Source: Dipteris shenzhenensis (lineage: Eukaryota). From it: DNA of 64,000 nt. Positions 50,401 through 64,000 of this stretch are shown one piece after another (positions within the stretch are counted from its first letter, which is position 1; each line of letters opens with the position of its first letter). Below the pieces are notes generated by a model. That model had not been told where the DNA came from. It did not search any database and was given only the letters and a program-made list of their open reading frames with translations. The position numbers and the translations under genes are program-made. Location: NCBI GenBank assembly GCA_047967505.1, contig CM106538.1; one strand, given 5' to 3'.

Positions 50401-51850
50401 TTGATCCCGTGACTTTTGTAGTAACTTTCGAATTCAATTGATCTCCACTCTGTCTAATCTCAACTTCTTCACCTTCCTCCCCAATTCTTTCTCGACCATT
50501 ACATGCCATTTCTTGAACTTACTAAAAGCCTCGTCTTTAGTCTTCATGAAGTATATCCATATCCTTCTACTGTAGTCGTCGATCAACATCATGAAGTAGT
50601 AGGAACCACCCAAAGCTTCTGTCTCCATCTTTTTGCAGAGGTCCGTGTGAACAAGCTCTAGAGGAGCCTTTGCCCTACTGGCCTCCTTAGGAAAGGGATG
50701 CCGATACTGCTTGCCCATCATGCAAGCTTCACATACATCGGGTAGATCTATAATTTCTTGTAGGTATGCAATCATTCCACTTTTATACATCTTCTTTAAA
50801 GAACTAAGGTTTAGATGACCAAACCTCTCATGCCACAGCTTAATCTTCTTCACATTGGCTGAAGCACTGAAAGTTGAGAGTTCGTAGATGTTGCACTGTG
50901 TACCTTTACCAATGACCTTCCCTTGAAGATCCAAAATCTATGCGCCATTCTTATCGAATTGAACTTTGAGGTCCCAATCCATGATTGTAGAAACGGACAA
51001 CAAGTTCCTCTTGATATTTGGCACATAAAGAACGTCGGACAATTGTTTTACAACTCCATGTGACTTGAGAGCAATCGTACCTTTTCCTTTTGTTGGGACA
51101 TTTTGCATCATTGCCGATTGCTACCAGGATGTCATTCCCTACCGGCTGTAGAGAGGTATACCAATCCTTTCGACAGGTCATGTGGTGCGATGCACCACTG
51201 TCAATAATCCAAGGTTCATCCACAGGTACATGAACTGCCTCCATACAAATCTCCTCAATTGCTACAAACAGCTCTACTGGTACTGCCTGCGTGCTATTGC
51301 TGGACTCTTTCTTTACTCAGTTCTTCTCATATGCAATCTTCTTCTGGCACTCATTCTGCTTGTGCCTTGCCTTGTTGCAATAGAAGCACTTGATCTTCTT
51401 CTTTCTCTTTTTATCATCAGAAGAAGATGGGTTACTAGAGTCCTTACCCTTACCTTTCTTTGATCCAGTGTAGAAAGCCGAATCTTCTCCAGTCCTCATC
51501 TTTTGACGCATCTCCTCCTCCAGAAGCATGGCACTGAAATCCTCAAACTTGAGGGACAAATTTCTATTTTGCATATTCAGTACCATAACAAGACCTTCAT
51601 ACTTTAGTGGGAGAATCCATATGCACCTTCATGCTAGATTCTCACTGGTGATGGTGATGCCAATTGCAGTCATTTGATCGTGTAGATTCTTCACCCTGGT
51701 GATGAACTTCTCTGCCGATTCAGACTCAGACAGTTTCTTGTTCGTGAGTTGAGTCTCTAGATTCTGAATCCGTGTCTGATTCGTGGTCTTGTACTGATTT
51801 TTCAAGACCATCCATGCCTCCTCCAGTGTGGTGACATGTTGAATTAATAG
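47408..51850 (-). mobile_element. Degenerate Ty1/copia LTR retrotransposon (5' end missing; 3' LTR ~47408-48189)
   Basis: Gag, zinc knuckle CFYCNKARHKQNEC, protease WIIDSGASHHM, LWHERFGHLN, integrase LELVHTD/IDDYSR, RT (WVYKTK, LYVDDL), RNase H (SDWAGD, CDNQS, KHIEIQYHF). PPT at ~48190-48200. Confidence 0.93.
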
Positions 51851-52620
51851 GGGAGGAGTTGTAGATGCTGAGGAGATTTCCAATAGCACTTGCTAGAGAG
51901 CTTGGAGAGTGAAATTGCAGCCAAAGGAGCTAAATTGGCACTGACAGAAGCTGTGGGCAGCAAGAACTGGTGGTTATAGCAAAAAATAGCCAATAGGTTA
52001 CATCCAAAAGGCAGTTATTTTCCCTAATGAAGATGATTGGCTTGATGAGCTGTATTCTATTTGCTTGTGTACAAATGAAGATTTTGAAAAACTTTGAATA
52101 AAGTGTACATTTTGTATGTGTTTCTAGCTTTTTGTGGCTTGGAATGTGGATGTAGAGAGTTATGAAGGTGTGTATTGCTCTAGTATTTTAGTCCTTCCAA
52201 CGTCATGGGTTGTACTCTCAAGAGGACTTTCTTTCCTCTCAGCCGCGACTCCTGAGGGGCCTACCTCTACACCTACCCCTGGGTGGACTCCCCATAGGCT
52301 AACTCCTCTCGGGCCTAACCCTTTGTCTACCCCTCAGGGAACTCCTTTACTATAGCAGCCTATGCCTTCGTCGGGAGTCCGACGAGTTTGTTGCATCCAT
52401 AAGTGACACGGAGGCAACAAAATTCTTCTCTCTCTCATCCCAAAGGACCTCAGCTATGCCCTCTCCTACACCCGTTGGGGGTAGGTCAAGGACATCGATG
52501 GCTTTACCTACTCGATAGTCGTCCCCTGTAGCCCCTTTCGAAGGGTCATCACCTCGGTGTACCCATCATAGGTCTAGAAAGAGTAGTAAGGCCATCGAGG
52601 CTACTGTGGTGGTATGAGGG
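51850..52620 (+). repeat. Dispersed LTR-family fragments
   Basis: 51850-52200 matches the 46.2-46.9 kb segments. 52200-52620 matches 59797-60185. Confidence 0.75.
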
Positions 52621-53159
52621 ATGTAGACGAGTCAGCACACTCAAATCCCTACAGGTCTCCCCTTCCTCATGAGATGCAGTACTAGTCAGGTCCCTTATCC
52701 TCATAGGCCGCAGCACCCCAGAGACCACTCACTCCCTTACTGTGCACTCCTTAACCCCTTGCTCTATCTCTACTACTCCATCCACCGCAAATCCTTTGGA
52801 CTTTGTTTTTCCCCCGATGACATTTCCTACAGAGTGAACAACATTGGGGAGGTTATACAGGATGAGGACGAGAAGGTGGTTACAAGATACATGAGGAGGT
52901 TGGTGAGCACCCACTTCCCCAATGATGTATTCAAACCTTGGAACCAATAGGACAAAAAGCCAAGGATGCCTACAAGAAGCCCTCAAGAGACAATTAGGAC
53001 AAGCCAGGGTGGGCGGGGTATAGAAGGGCTGTCAGGATAGGAGCCAGGGCATGGTTTAAGGAGAAGGAGAGAGGAGTCCACATCGATTCGAAAAGGGTGG
53101 TGGACGTCATGTGAGTATACCCTATTCCTCTTCATTATTATTTTACTATCACCATTGTC

Positions 53160-53594
53160 TTACTTCAGTGGATTTGCCATTTTGTAGCACATTTCCATTA
53201 TTTTGTAGACTTTCTTTCCAAATTTGTAATGTACACCTCCGCATTTGTAACATTTAATTGTGATTTTAATGGAAAAAATTTTATGTGGCGCAGGATGGGA
53301 CTGAAACAAGCCCCATCCTCTCCCACATATCTTTTTTTTAGCTTCTGTAAAAATGTTGGTATATACTGATGCCTGTACCGACACTGCACTATCTGTATAT
53401 ACTGACACGTACACCAATGCCCATACTGACATTGTCGAGCATATTTTACTGACAGTGACATCGACTCTTGCACCAATGGTTTCTTTGCAACGTCCACACC
53501 GATGGAAATTCTAATACTTTCCACTTGTTAAAAAAATAATTTCTTTGTATTTAGCATCGCTATTAGTGTTGGAAAGAACCCATGTCTTGTAGTG
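53160..53594. mobile_element. CACTA (En/Spm) element end
   Basis: TCTTGTAGTG at 53585-53594 is the reverse complement of CACTACAAGA. It is preceded by tac(c/t)gac-type subterminal repeats. No partner end was seen. Confidence 0.65.
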
Positions 53595-56500
53595 AATTTC
53601 CTCGTCATTTGATATGGATCTGCTATGGAATTTCAGAAAACCTTTTCATATTATTTTTTGTTACCAAATGTTTACTTGGCATTCGCAAGACATATCCTTG
53701 TAAGTTTAAGTGGTAGCTAAATTGTGGGTCATTCACCCTCATTAAATCTTTTAATGATAATTTAGGTTGTCACTGTCATTAATATACCGAGATATTTCAT
53801 AGAATTTACCTCTTTCAAATATTCTGATAGTAGCTATGCTATATTGGTATCAAAGCTCAAAAAATGTTTTGGCCTACATCTTTTGATACTATTGTCTTAA
53901 GGTGAAAATTATAATTATACATGCTGGCTTTCCTTGTGATTTCCTTTATGAATTTCGTTCTCTCCCATGACCCTTTGTTCTACTACACTCCCTCCATTCT
54001 ATGAACTTTTGTTCCTTTCACTCCTGGAGTGCATGAAGCTTTTCTGGCTTTACGGGTTTCGACCATGGAAGTCTCTTTTGGTATGGAGGTATTGTTGAAT
54101 TTCAATAATGATACTTTGTCACATAAAGCTTGACCTAGCATTCACAAGACATGTCCTTCTGAGCTTAGCTTATTGGAAAAAAACATGGCATTACTTATAT
54201 TTTTCATACCCTTATGTAGATTTGTAATTTGTTGTGTTAGAATTCTTAGTCTTTTAAATTAATTCCACATTTTACTTGTGTGCCAGGTTGGTTTTGAAAG
54301 GTACCATATTTGTAGATAGCAATTTCTTGGTGTGTGAAGAAATAGGTCGAAGAGTAAATTTTCCATATGCTGTATTGGAATTCATTGCCCATAAAATAAA
54401 TTCGAGATTTTCCCTATGTGCCAGGTTACTTTTGAAACCTACCATTAGTTATAGCCTTTTCTCATACACTAGTGTAGCATATGTATGGGGTTCTATAGCA
54501 TATCACTACCATTGTACGCATGCTATCATTGTGTCATGCAAGTTTTACATAGAACTTGTCACTTAGATGCTATAATTTACTTTATGTATTGAATACCTTC
54601 ACTTTATTTGGGAGACCTTTACTTTGTAGACACATTTGATACATGAATTGAACCATTTCCAAAATTTTGAAATATACTATTGTGCCCTTAGATGATTTGC
54701 TCTGAATGTAGAGGGTTGAGCACAAGCTATACTTAGAATTAATTTTGTGAATTGGTGATACCTGGCATTATTATCCAAGAGCACATTTTCAAAATGTAAG
54801 GGGTTGAGGACAAGCTCCCCTTAGAATTATTTTTGTGCATCAGTAGTAGTTATTTTGTAATTATTCTAATGTATTACTTTCAAAAATTGTGTAGTTGAGC
54901 ACTAGGGGTTTGTATTCTAAAACATGTATAATAAAAAATGTTGGCATGCTTCATTCACCTTGTGAAGTTATTTGGATAGTGTTCTCACTATTGTTACTAT
55001 GAATACATGAACGTTGCTACGTGTCATTATTGGTAATAATGATTAATGTGGAGTAAAATAGTTTGAATATACATGAGTATGGTATACTTTTGAGGTGCTC
55101 TTAGAGGGTTTTTTGTTGTTACTTGAACAACTTCATGATGTCTTGTACTTTTGAGGGTGTGGATTATGATGTCGATGAAAACTTCAAACAACTTTATCCT
55201 TTAAATAATTGTGTGTGCTTGTGCTTATCTTACAAGCTCAATTTCCACATCTCCTAATGCACTTCAAATTCTAATTTGTTTTCTATGTAAAGTATATTTC
55301 CCTAAACATATTGAACAAATTGGGAAGTCATGGGACACATTCACAAAGGATGAAGGTTTGGATGAGTTGTATCCCAATATTTATGCATGGAGGCATATAT
55401 CAAAAGTTTGAATGAGGGATGAAGGTTTGGATGAGTTATATCCCAATATTTAAGCATGGATGAATATATTGAAAGTTTGGGAGCATTTACCTTTTGTATC
55501 TCTCCATTTGATCCTCCCAATTATAAAATGTTTGTTCAAACTTTTAACTTTAAAATTGAATTGTATTGTCAGCAATGGAGGGTAAAGGATTGCAAGTTTA
55601 AATGCTCAAATGCATTCACCAAAGTAACAATAATGGAATTTGTGATTACAAGAGCTGACAAAAACATTTACCCATGCACACTTTGCAAGGAATTCAACAA
55701 GAAAAAGTTATGGACACATGATATGCTAGAATTGTTTATAAAAAAGATTGACATGCACAGACATACCAAGGAAGACAAATTCAAAGGTATAGCCTCACTT
55801 AGAGGACATGGGACTACAACTGGTAGCATCAAAGTTTCCTTGCTACATGTATTTGAAGGTCATGTCCCAATTCATCGACAACTCCAATGTTAACACCAAT
55901 GTCAAAATATCTTCACTTACAACTTTGCTATAGTGTGACAAGCTTTCAACCTTCTTGATCTAGACTTCAATCTTCTTGTCATTCAAGGGCCAATCCACAA
56001 TTACCAAGGGCTGGACAAAAAGATATAGGGCTTAGTGGACTTCTCATCCCGCAAGCATAAGGGACGAATCCCTTTTGGAGATATCAAAGATCCCGATCTA
56101 GTGAAACCTAACCTAGTGCTAAGATTCCTTACAAGAGTCAAGCTTTTAGTTCACCACAATGTCTTCTTTTGAGTCTCCTACTTTGGCTCCATAATCCAAC
56201 ACATCACCCCCATCAATTGGTAAAATTATTTGTTCTTTGAATTGCACACCATCTACACACATCATGACCAAGAGATCAAAAATCCACAATAATAAAGTGC
56301 AAAAATATTATTAAACTAGCTATTGACCTCGTCGGTGAATTGAGAACTTAAAGGGCCTTGCCCATTTAGGCCTCGTTCTCCTCCCCAATTTATCACTCTA
56401 CAATAGAGTACTATGAGCTTAGCTCAAGGGATGTAAAAAGAACTAATAAAATGGAAAGATAGTTTATGGAAGTGATGGCTAGTCTTCAATAAACAACCAT

Positions 56501-59500
56501 GACTATATTCAAGTGGTGAAAGGAGACAAAAATACTCACATCCATCGAAATATTCCTCGCCAAGTTCAATAAGAGCTAGCTAGAATAGGATTTGGTAGTG
56601 GAATAGGTCCAAACAGTATCAATTAAATCTGTGGGTAAACTACTAAGGCTAGCAAGAAAAAATGCCCCAATAGACTGCCCAAGACCTTTAACTTTGACTA
56701 GCTCAAGTAGAAGTAGAGCTGGAGTCAAAAAGATCTCGTTCGGAATATTGGAGAAATGGTGTCAAGATTATCAGAACCAAGCTCCCATAGATTTAAAAAT
56801 TTATGATAAGATGGAGGCAAATTTTTCATCTTTTTGATAGGTAGTTGAGTAGGGAAATCAGGGCCTTACACGCTCAAGTAAGAAATGACTAAGAATGACA
56901 TTGGTATCCCTAGTAGTGCCTAGAATGAGCTTAGCAATCTAGCCAAAACTAGATAACTAATGAGAAGAGGATTTCAATAGTCTTCTAGTAGCATGTGCAT
57001 GATTAGTCATGTAGTCCCTACACCCACACACCATAGAAAACACATTACACTATAACATCACAACACTCACCACTGCCTCCATATAATATCACATCAACCT
57101 TACTAACCCACTTCCCCAAAACTTTATCATGACCATCGTACAATGCCATTTTGAACCTTTATCATGACCATCGTACAATGCCATTTTGAACATACTTACC
57201 CAATTATTGTTGTGGTCTTCTTCAGTGGAAACTTATTTTTTTTGTAGGAATCAAACATCTCCCTACTCCCTCCATATCCCATACATTTGAATTTTAGAGT
57301 ATGGTGCCAGATACTGCGAAAGTCCACAATTTTTCTCGACGATGAATATATTTTGGTCTACTGACTTGGAGTCCTGGCCCTGTAATAAACATTCCTAGGC
57401 TGAAGGTCTTGGTGGTTGCAAGATCATGAGTGCCAAGAGGCAATCCAAACAAGAGACTACTTAGTTTACAATCACGTCAGCCAATATGATCCCAATGGTA
57501 TAAGCATTTTGTATAATAGTGTCTTAGAAGCCACATGGAAAACATCATGGATTATTTTTTCAAGTTAGTTTCGGTAAGAAGCTAAACTTTAATATTGGCA
57601 TCAAAAGTTAGTATGCCCTAATAAAAATAAATGTTCGAAACATTCGCCAGGATTTGAAATTTTTATGCAAAAGAATTTAAAATTTCGCCAGGATTTACAT
57701 TTTTTCCTTCAAAATTCAAAAGAAAATATACAAAAAAGTACTAAATTCCACCCCTACACAACATGCTTCAATTAGGTTTCTCTACCTTTCAAACCATGCA
57801 CATGGCTTACCTTGAGAGCCTAACAGAGGAAGAGGAGGACACAAAACTAGCTATTTTTTGCATCTACAAAACCTCCTACCCAAGGAGATGATGATGAGTC
57901 CGCCTAATCAAAACCACCCTAAATCTTCTCAATTACACATGTACTTAAATAAGCCCATTCAATCGATCCACTCATAATACATTGTCTTTAACATTCCCCC
58001 TAACACTACTTCCCACACCACCACCACAAACACACCCAGCAACACATCAGACCAACACACATCCACTCAAATAGGATCCATGAGCGACTTGCTAGGGCCG
58101 TTGACTTCGACATCTCAGGTGGACATTGATGCAACCCTCCTCCAAAATACCCTATTCCTAGATCTCTTGTTGGAGGAGCCCATTCAAATACCACCAACTG
58201 ATCTTCCAATCTAGGAGTAAGATGATACATTTCTCATACAAGGTGATGACCAGTCACGAGCAAAGCCTACTCCATCTGATCCAAAGTGGCATCAAATTCT
58301 TCACTCCTGACTTTGAATAATATCATAGACTTGGGCATATGGAAGGGAAAACTACAAAGCTTCAACCTCCGCATGGAAAACATCATGGAGGTTGGAGCTC
58401 TAACCAAGTTCATAGAACAAAGCTTCAAAAAATGGAGAGCCGCACATCCACGTAGAACCCAAGGAGGATAAAAGTGCCAATCATATCCAAAGTCCCTATT
58501 ATAGATACGAACAATGATCTGCAACCTACATGGTATATTCCCATTTTAAAGCAGCCAGATTTTGGGCAGTTTATTATTGTTCCAGCCACAACCGCCAAAC
58601 CCATCCTACCTATATGCCTCTTAGATGTAGGTGAAATTGGGAGGAACTGTAGGTGAGTGACCCTAATCTACAATACAATTTTCATCTCTTTTATTTTGCA
58701 AACTTTTGTGACCACTCATGGGTTCATCTCGGTACATTTTTTCCAACTTATATTTATTTTGTGGTGGGACAGATTCCCCAAAAGGGCAACCAACTTTAAA
58801 TAAAAGCACCACAACCTTTATTATGAACTAGTATTTGACCTTGATATAGGACCAACTTTCAAAAAAATGCTTTGTATGTATGCCAAAGTTGCATGCTCAT
58901 TACATCAAGATTTTGCGGGTATGTATGACACTAGATTCCCAAAGCCCCATCATGGTTTTTGTTGAATCTTGAGGTCAATTCATGAGTGGGTGTAGTGAAT
59001 CAAAAAACTATTTTAGAGGCATTTTTAGGCCACCACACGATGCACTGGTGAGTGAGATTTTGAATTTGGAGTGGACTTGCTCTCTCACTAGAAATTTTTT
59101 GGTGTAATGATTACCACACTAGCATAATAACAAGACACAATCTATCAAAACTTGATGTTCTAAACATAGTAGAGCTCAACACAACATGCATGTAGAGCAA
59201 ATCTACCCTCCTTCATGCAATCTCTATGTTGCATCTTGTGCTATAGACCATTCACAGTCAGTCCTGATTGCATAGCCTAGTGGTTTACTCTCTGGCACCT
59301 ATCATCTACCTCTAGCTTGCCACCTATCATATACATGTAGGACGATGAGTGGTCCTTTTCTGTACCTCACTACCTTTCATTTACCCACAACTTTTTCACA
59401 TTGGTACAAGGATAACATACTTAAATAATCCAATCATGTAGATCTAGAATCAGAGAAATCCATGCTTAAAGCATGTGTGCCTACCGCGCTAACAATGTGG

Positions 59501-59574
59501 TGATCTCGGGGGGTGCACTACTAAGCATTATGCTACTTGTCATCTATGTTGATAATTTGATCATCACAAGTGAT

Positions 59575-60185
59575 AGTAGTAAATTGAACTTGAGTTTTAA
59601 GTAGTAAATTATCTTTTAAGTAAAGTTAGTGTAAGTATCTATTGCTTTCTTCTGCTTCTTACCCGCTCGAGTATTTGTGTTTGTTTTCTTGTTTCTGTTT
59701 GTGTTTGTCCAATCCCCCCAAATTAGACATGTCAGCATGTCGCACGTCCGAAGAGCACGGACCCCGTGATCATGGGGGCCCTCGTAGGAGGAGACTTCAT
59801 GGGTTGTACTCTCAAAGGACTTTGATTCCACTCAAGTGACTCTTGAGGGGCCTACACCTACGACTATCCTTGGGTGGACTCCCCACAGGCCAACTCCTCT
59901 CTAGCCTACCCCTACGACTACATCTCAGGAACTCCTTTGCTAGTAGCACATTGCTTCGTCAGAAGTCCCAATGAGTTTGTCGAATCCATGACCGACGTAG
60001 AGCCAACAAGATTCTTCTCTCTCCTATCCTAGAGGACCTCAGCTTTTCTGTCTCCTACACCCCTCGGGGGTAGATTAGGGACATCGATGGATTTACCTAC
60101 TCGACAACCGTCTCTTGTAGCCCCTTCCGAGGGGTCATCACTTGCGCGTACCCATGGTAGGTCCACAAAGAGTAGTAAGGGTCGA
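59575..60185 (+). repeat. Composite of two dispersed LTR-like repeats
   Basis: Left part matches 44580-44805; right part matches 52200-52620. Confidence 0.75.
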
Positions 60186-60189
60186 ATAT

Positions 60190-61082
60190 TGGTGTCACAT
60201 CACAAAATAAATATTGAATAAATGACAACAATGGCGAGGAAGGGTTGGTCACATGAAACGGGAGGTTTTCAAAAACTAGCGCAACCAATCCTTGAGCCTA
60301 TAAAGATCCCATGCGAAAAGGCATTAGTTGACGTCACGATGGGAGATGTGAAGACAGAGAGGACAAGGAATCGCTCTAGTCAGATGTTTAAGCAGGAGCT
60401 GTTTGTTCTAGTTCGGCTTCTCCACGCTGTGAACTTAATCCGCTATTGTATAACCGAGAGAGGTAGCATCTAATGTTGGTACTTTAGACTATTGGTTAGT
60501 AGAGACGCTCTATATATCTTTCTGAATTCTAACATTTTGCATTAGATGAAGAAATTAGAAATGGATTGATGTTGCGGACACTTAAGATAACAACCACAGG
60601 TCTATCGAGATGGTTGATTTGGATGAGCGCCAATGGACCAATTTTTCAAAGTGATGGGCACATGTTAAAGATCTTTCTCAACATTGCTTTGTTGCCTGTG
60701 CTATTGTGGGTGAGTGTTGCTGTAGGGGAAGGCATACTGGTGTTCGAGTACATGGTGCATGGCGACTTGCAATACAGATTGTACCCTGCAGCACATGATG
60801 TCTACCAATGCCATGGAATAAACACATGGCAATCACCGTGCAGGTGGTGAGCACTTGAAATAATTACACAAGGAGGCTCGCCCTCGCATCGTGCACATGA
60901 ACGTAAAATCAGCCAACGTACTACTAGACGAGCAAGACAATGCAAAGCTCTGCGACTTGGGATTCTCATCGAAAGCAGGCCCAGAAAGCAGCGTATTCCA
61001 CTCCACCATAGTGACAGTGAATGGATTACTGGGGTACATGGATTCGCAATACCAGAAGATAAAATCCATGCTGTGGAAGTAG
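60190..61082 (+). pseudogene. Receptor-like cytoplasmic kinase (RLK/Pelle) pseudogene fragment
   Basis: FKQELFVLVRL...LIRYCITER, then GILVFEYMVHGDLQYRLY, then LHKEARPRIVHMNVKSANVLLDEQDNAKLCDLGFS...GYMD. Frameshifted and truncated. Confidence 0.8.
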
Positions 61083-62283
61083 CTATGGGATTGGGCTCTC
61101 AGGTCTCAATCTTTCTCTTCGCTTAGGAGAAAAGTAATAGGCCATTGACAACTTTACTAAACAATGCCACTAAAGCAGGCACATATGGAGCACAAGTAGA
61201 AGCCTACTAGAATTTGGAAGTAGCAAACAAGGCAAAGTCAAGGTTTGCAACACAGCAATGCCTACCAGAGCCCACAAACAACCAACAAGTCAGATACACA
61301 CAGATACAAATTCGTCAATGTTGGATATTTAGGAGTCTCCAACTCCAAGTATGCTTGTGCTGGAAATTGCCCAATAGGCATGTCAAAGAATGGGCCTAGG
61401 TCAAGGACAATAGCTTGATTCTCGCTCAACAATTCTCCTTCAATTTTGAATTCAATTTTCATTCCATGACGGCTTGATTAGAATAGTGATCAATGCCCAT
61501 CTAACAAAAATAGAAAAATAATTTATGTTCAAGCAGTTACATTTGGTTGACATGCCCGTTCACAAAAAGCATGGTTCTAATTGTACCAAACGTTGTTCCA
61601 AGGGTTATAACACAGCTCCATGTCCACTTAGGACTACTTTCACATTTCTCAACCTTGTTGATATTCAAAATCACACCATTATGGATGTTAAGACAGTGTT
61701 CGGTGAATTGCATGCCATCAAAAAGTATTTATCTTGAAGCTATAAGTTGTTAAAGTCTAAGCTAGGGACTCCATCTCTAAAAGGAACAAGGAAGACTAAT
61801 TACTTTATATTTGACAATTCCATCAAGAGAATAATATTCCTATTTGAATTCTACAAAGGGATAGTTCCATTTGAGTATATTTGAGGAAATGTTGATTTGC
61901 TAGCCATATGAGAGCGTGTATCTATGTGTATGTGGCATGTAGTGTTACTGTACATGTGTGTCTCTATGTATGTGAATGTTTATGTTTATGTTTGTGAGCA
62001 AAAACACAAAAAAGCACAAATTATACATGTACATATACGTTCATATGCACACATTAACACATATCAAATGCACATGTAGATAGAGACATACACACTCAAA
62101 AATGACCAAAGTATCAACACACATGTGCAAGTGCATAGGCACATCATGACATGTGTCAGAGGCAAACATACACATGTACACTTATATGAGCATACATACA
62201 CTTGAGCGTGTTTGCACATGTAATGTATGCACTGTGTGGGTATACACACGTGTATATTTATGCATATAGCAATGAGTTTCCAC

Positions 62284-62323
<40 letters not shown>

Positions 62324-62629
62324 GAACCAAAAGAGTTTTCCTCAAGTAAAAGCAATGAACCTAGATCCAATTTGAAAACACAATAAAAAGCATTCGAATA
62401 TTTATAAATAAAGTCTCAAATTGTATTCCTTGAAATTAAAGGCAACCTAGGGTCTCAATGTTGAGACCTTGCAAGTGACTAAGGAGTCCTAGACATGCTA
62501 TATCATCAATTCTTCATACACAACTATATATACACAAGAAATTTGGGACCATGTGACAAACTCATATGGGAACAGGTCCCAAGAAATCAGGTCCCAAATT
62601 TCTTGTTATGTTAGAGATCCCTTGCAATC

Positions 62630-63515
62630 TCTGTTTGTCACATAACAGCAAGGGAGCTCTGTTCCTGCAAACGGTATTTACGACTACTTCTGTCGAATCG
62701 GAATTTACTTATACAACCACTGGCATTTGCTGCTGCGCAACATTGGTAGCCTGATTACTAGCCGTGGAGCTGCCTAGTTCCTCACGTTTGCTTAAAGCTT
62801 TGATTACGTTAATCGTGTCGGAATGTTCTGCAGCGGATTTTTGCAAGGAGCGTATATATTGGATTGCGGCATCTAGAAGGCTACACCTGTCGAGCTTTTG
62901 CCATCACAATATACAGCAAAAATATATAAGTCTGGGTCAGCCTCGGCGGTCCGATCTAATCTTTGACAGCAAGCTTATCAAAACATTCAAGCGCGTTCTC
63001 GTGCCTAGATCTTTGTGTGGTCTATCTCACAGAGTGGGTGAGATGGTGATTTAGGACGAAACAATGGAAGATTGTCATACCCTTTGCGATTGTTCCTGTG
63101 GCAACATTATCTCCAACCTAGAGAACAATCTGTTTATATTTTCGCGTCGCAAGCTTTCCTTGACTACACGGTCTCTATGACAAGCATCTCTCCGGCTCAA
63201 AAGTCCTTGTCCTTCTTCAACGGAATCACAGGAAATCACATGTTGTCCCTCCGAGGGCCCACCGATTTCTTGAATCTGGCTTCTAGTTGGATGCAGATAA
63301 CTTAGCCCAAGATGAGAGGAAATCACATGTTGTCCCTCCGAGGGCCCACCGATTTCTTGAATCTGGCTTCTAGTTGGATGTAGATAACTGCGCAAGATGA
63401 GAGGGCGGCTGCGATCGAAGTGTGAGGGCGAGGAAGTCTCGAAGGCGTGAGGGGAAGGGTAAGGACAAAAGACGGAAGGAGAGGAAGTAGAGCTGTGAAA
63501 GACGGGGTTGATCAT
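62630..63515 (-). pseudogene. bHLH transcription factor pseudogene
   Basis: DRVVKESLRRENINRLFSRLEIMLPQEQSQR, phase-0 intron 63080-62895, then LDRCSLLDAAIQYIRSLQK. Followed by an ACT-like start (VVV*VNSDSTEVVVNTVCRNR) with an in-frame TAA, then truncation. Confidence 0.72.
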
Positions 63516-63855
63516 GGGCGATATCTGGGGAGAGAGGAGACCAGGGCGGGAGGGAATTAGGAGATGGGAGAAGCAGTAGAAGCTCGTCGACAGAGGCCAT
63601 GCAGGACGTAAGGAGAAGATGGCAACTGGGCATTAAACTTGTAAAACGCCAGGAGAAGCTGGGCGATGTAATTACTATGGACTGTCAATTGTTGCCATGC
63701 GGGTGAGAGTCTGGGGAGAGAGGAGACCAGGGCGGGAGGATGGGAGAAGCAGTAGAAGCTCGTCGACAGAGGCCATGGAGAAGATGGCAACTCGGCATTT
63801 AAACAGCAAGGAGAAGCTGGGCGATGTAATTTCTATGGACTGTCAATTGTTGCTA
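63230..63855. repeat. Two local tandem duplications
   Basis: Near-identical 87-nt-period duplication at 63230-63390; diverged duplication 63523-63700 vs 63710-63855. Confidence 0.85.
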
Positions 63856-64000
63856 CGTACGACCTACAGAGTGTCAATGTGCTTACTTATGCCAATGTAC
63901 CCCAAAAGAGCCATACAATTAAATGTCGTCGTACCATAGAGTATGTCTCTAAAAGTTCCCAAACGGTCATGCTATATGTACTTCATGCAATTTTTAATTG

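Noticed and set aside
55456-58660. Cys-containing ORF 55456-55893 and possible LINE remnants
   Set aside because: No diagnostic motifs could be recognised with confidence.

Overview
Eukaryotic land-plant genomic DNA: repeat-rich, with spliceosomal GT-AG introns. A large-genome plant such as a fern is plausible but not provable from the sequence. The one clearly intact host gene is an intronless MYC2-type bHLH factor (22792-25215), set among decayed TEs: a chromoviral Ty3/gypsy, a Ty1/copia, other gypsy pieces, a CACTA end, and RLCK-kinase and bHLH pseudogenes. Two unusual multi-gene systems stand out. (1) At 1-7.7 kb, a spliced Transib/RAG1-like DDE transposase is followed by a divergent histone H3 whose long tail carries 3-4 copies of the H3 K4 motif, a 220-bp hairpin, an orphan gene and a BAH-domain gene. 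This looks like a DNA transposon carrying a chromatin toolkit. (2) Two divergent copies (about 10-16.4 kb and 35-40.5 kb) share one architecture: a TGTTGCA-containing repeat array, an NLS-bearing atypical kinase (DLHxxN/DWG), a homologous orphan ORF, then a convergent hAT transposase. All family assignments come from motif recognition by eye. Most TE genes carry stops consistent with C>T/G>A decay.
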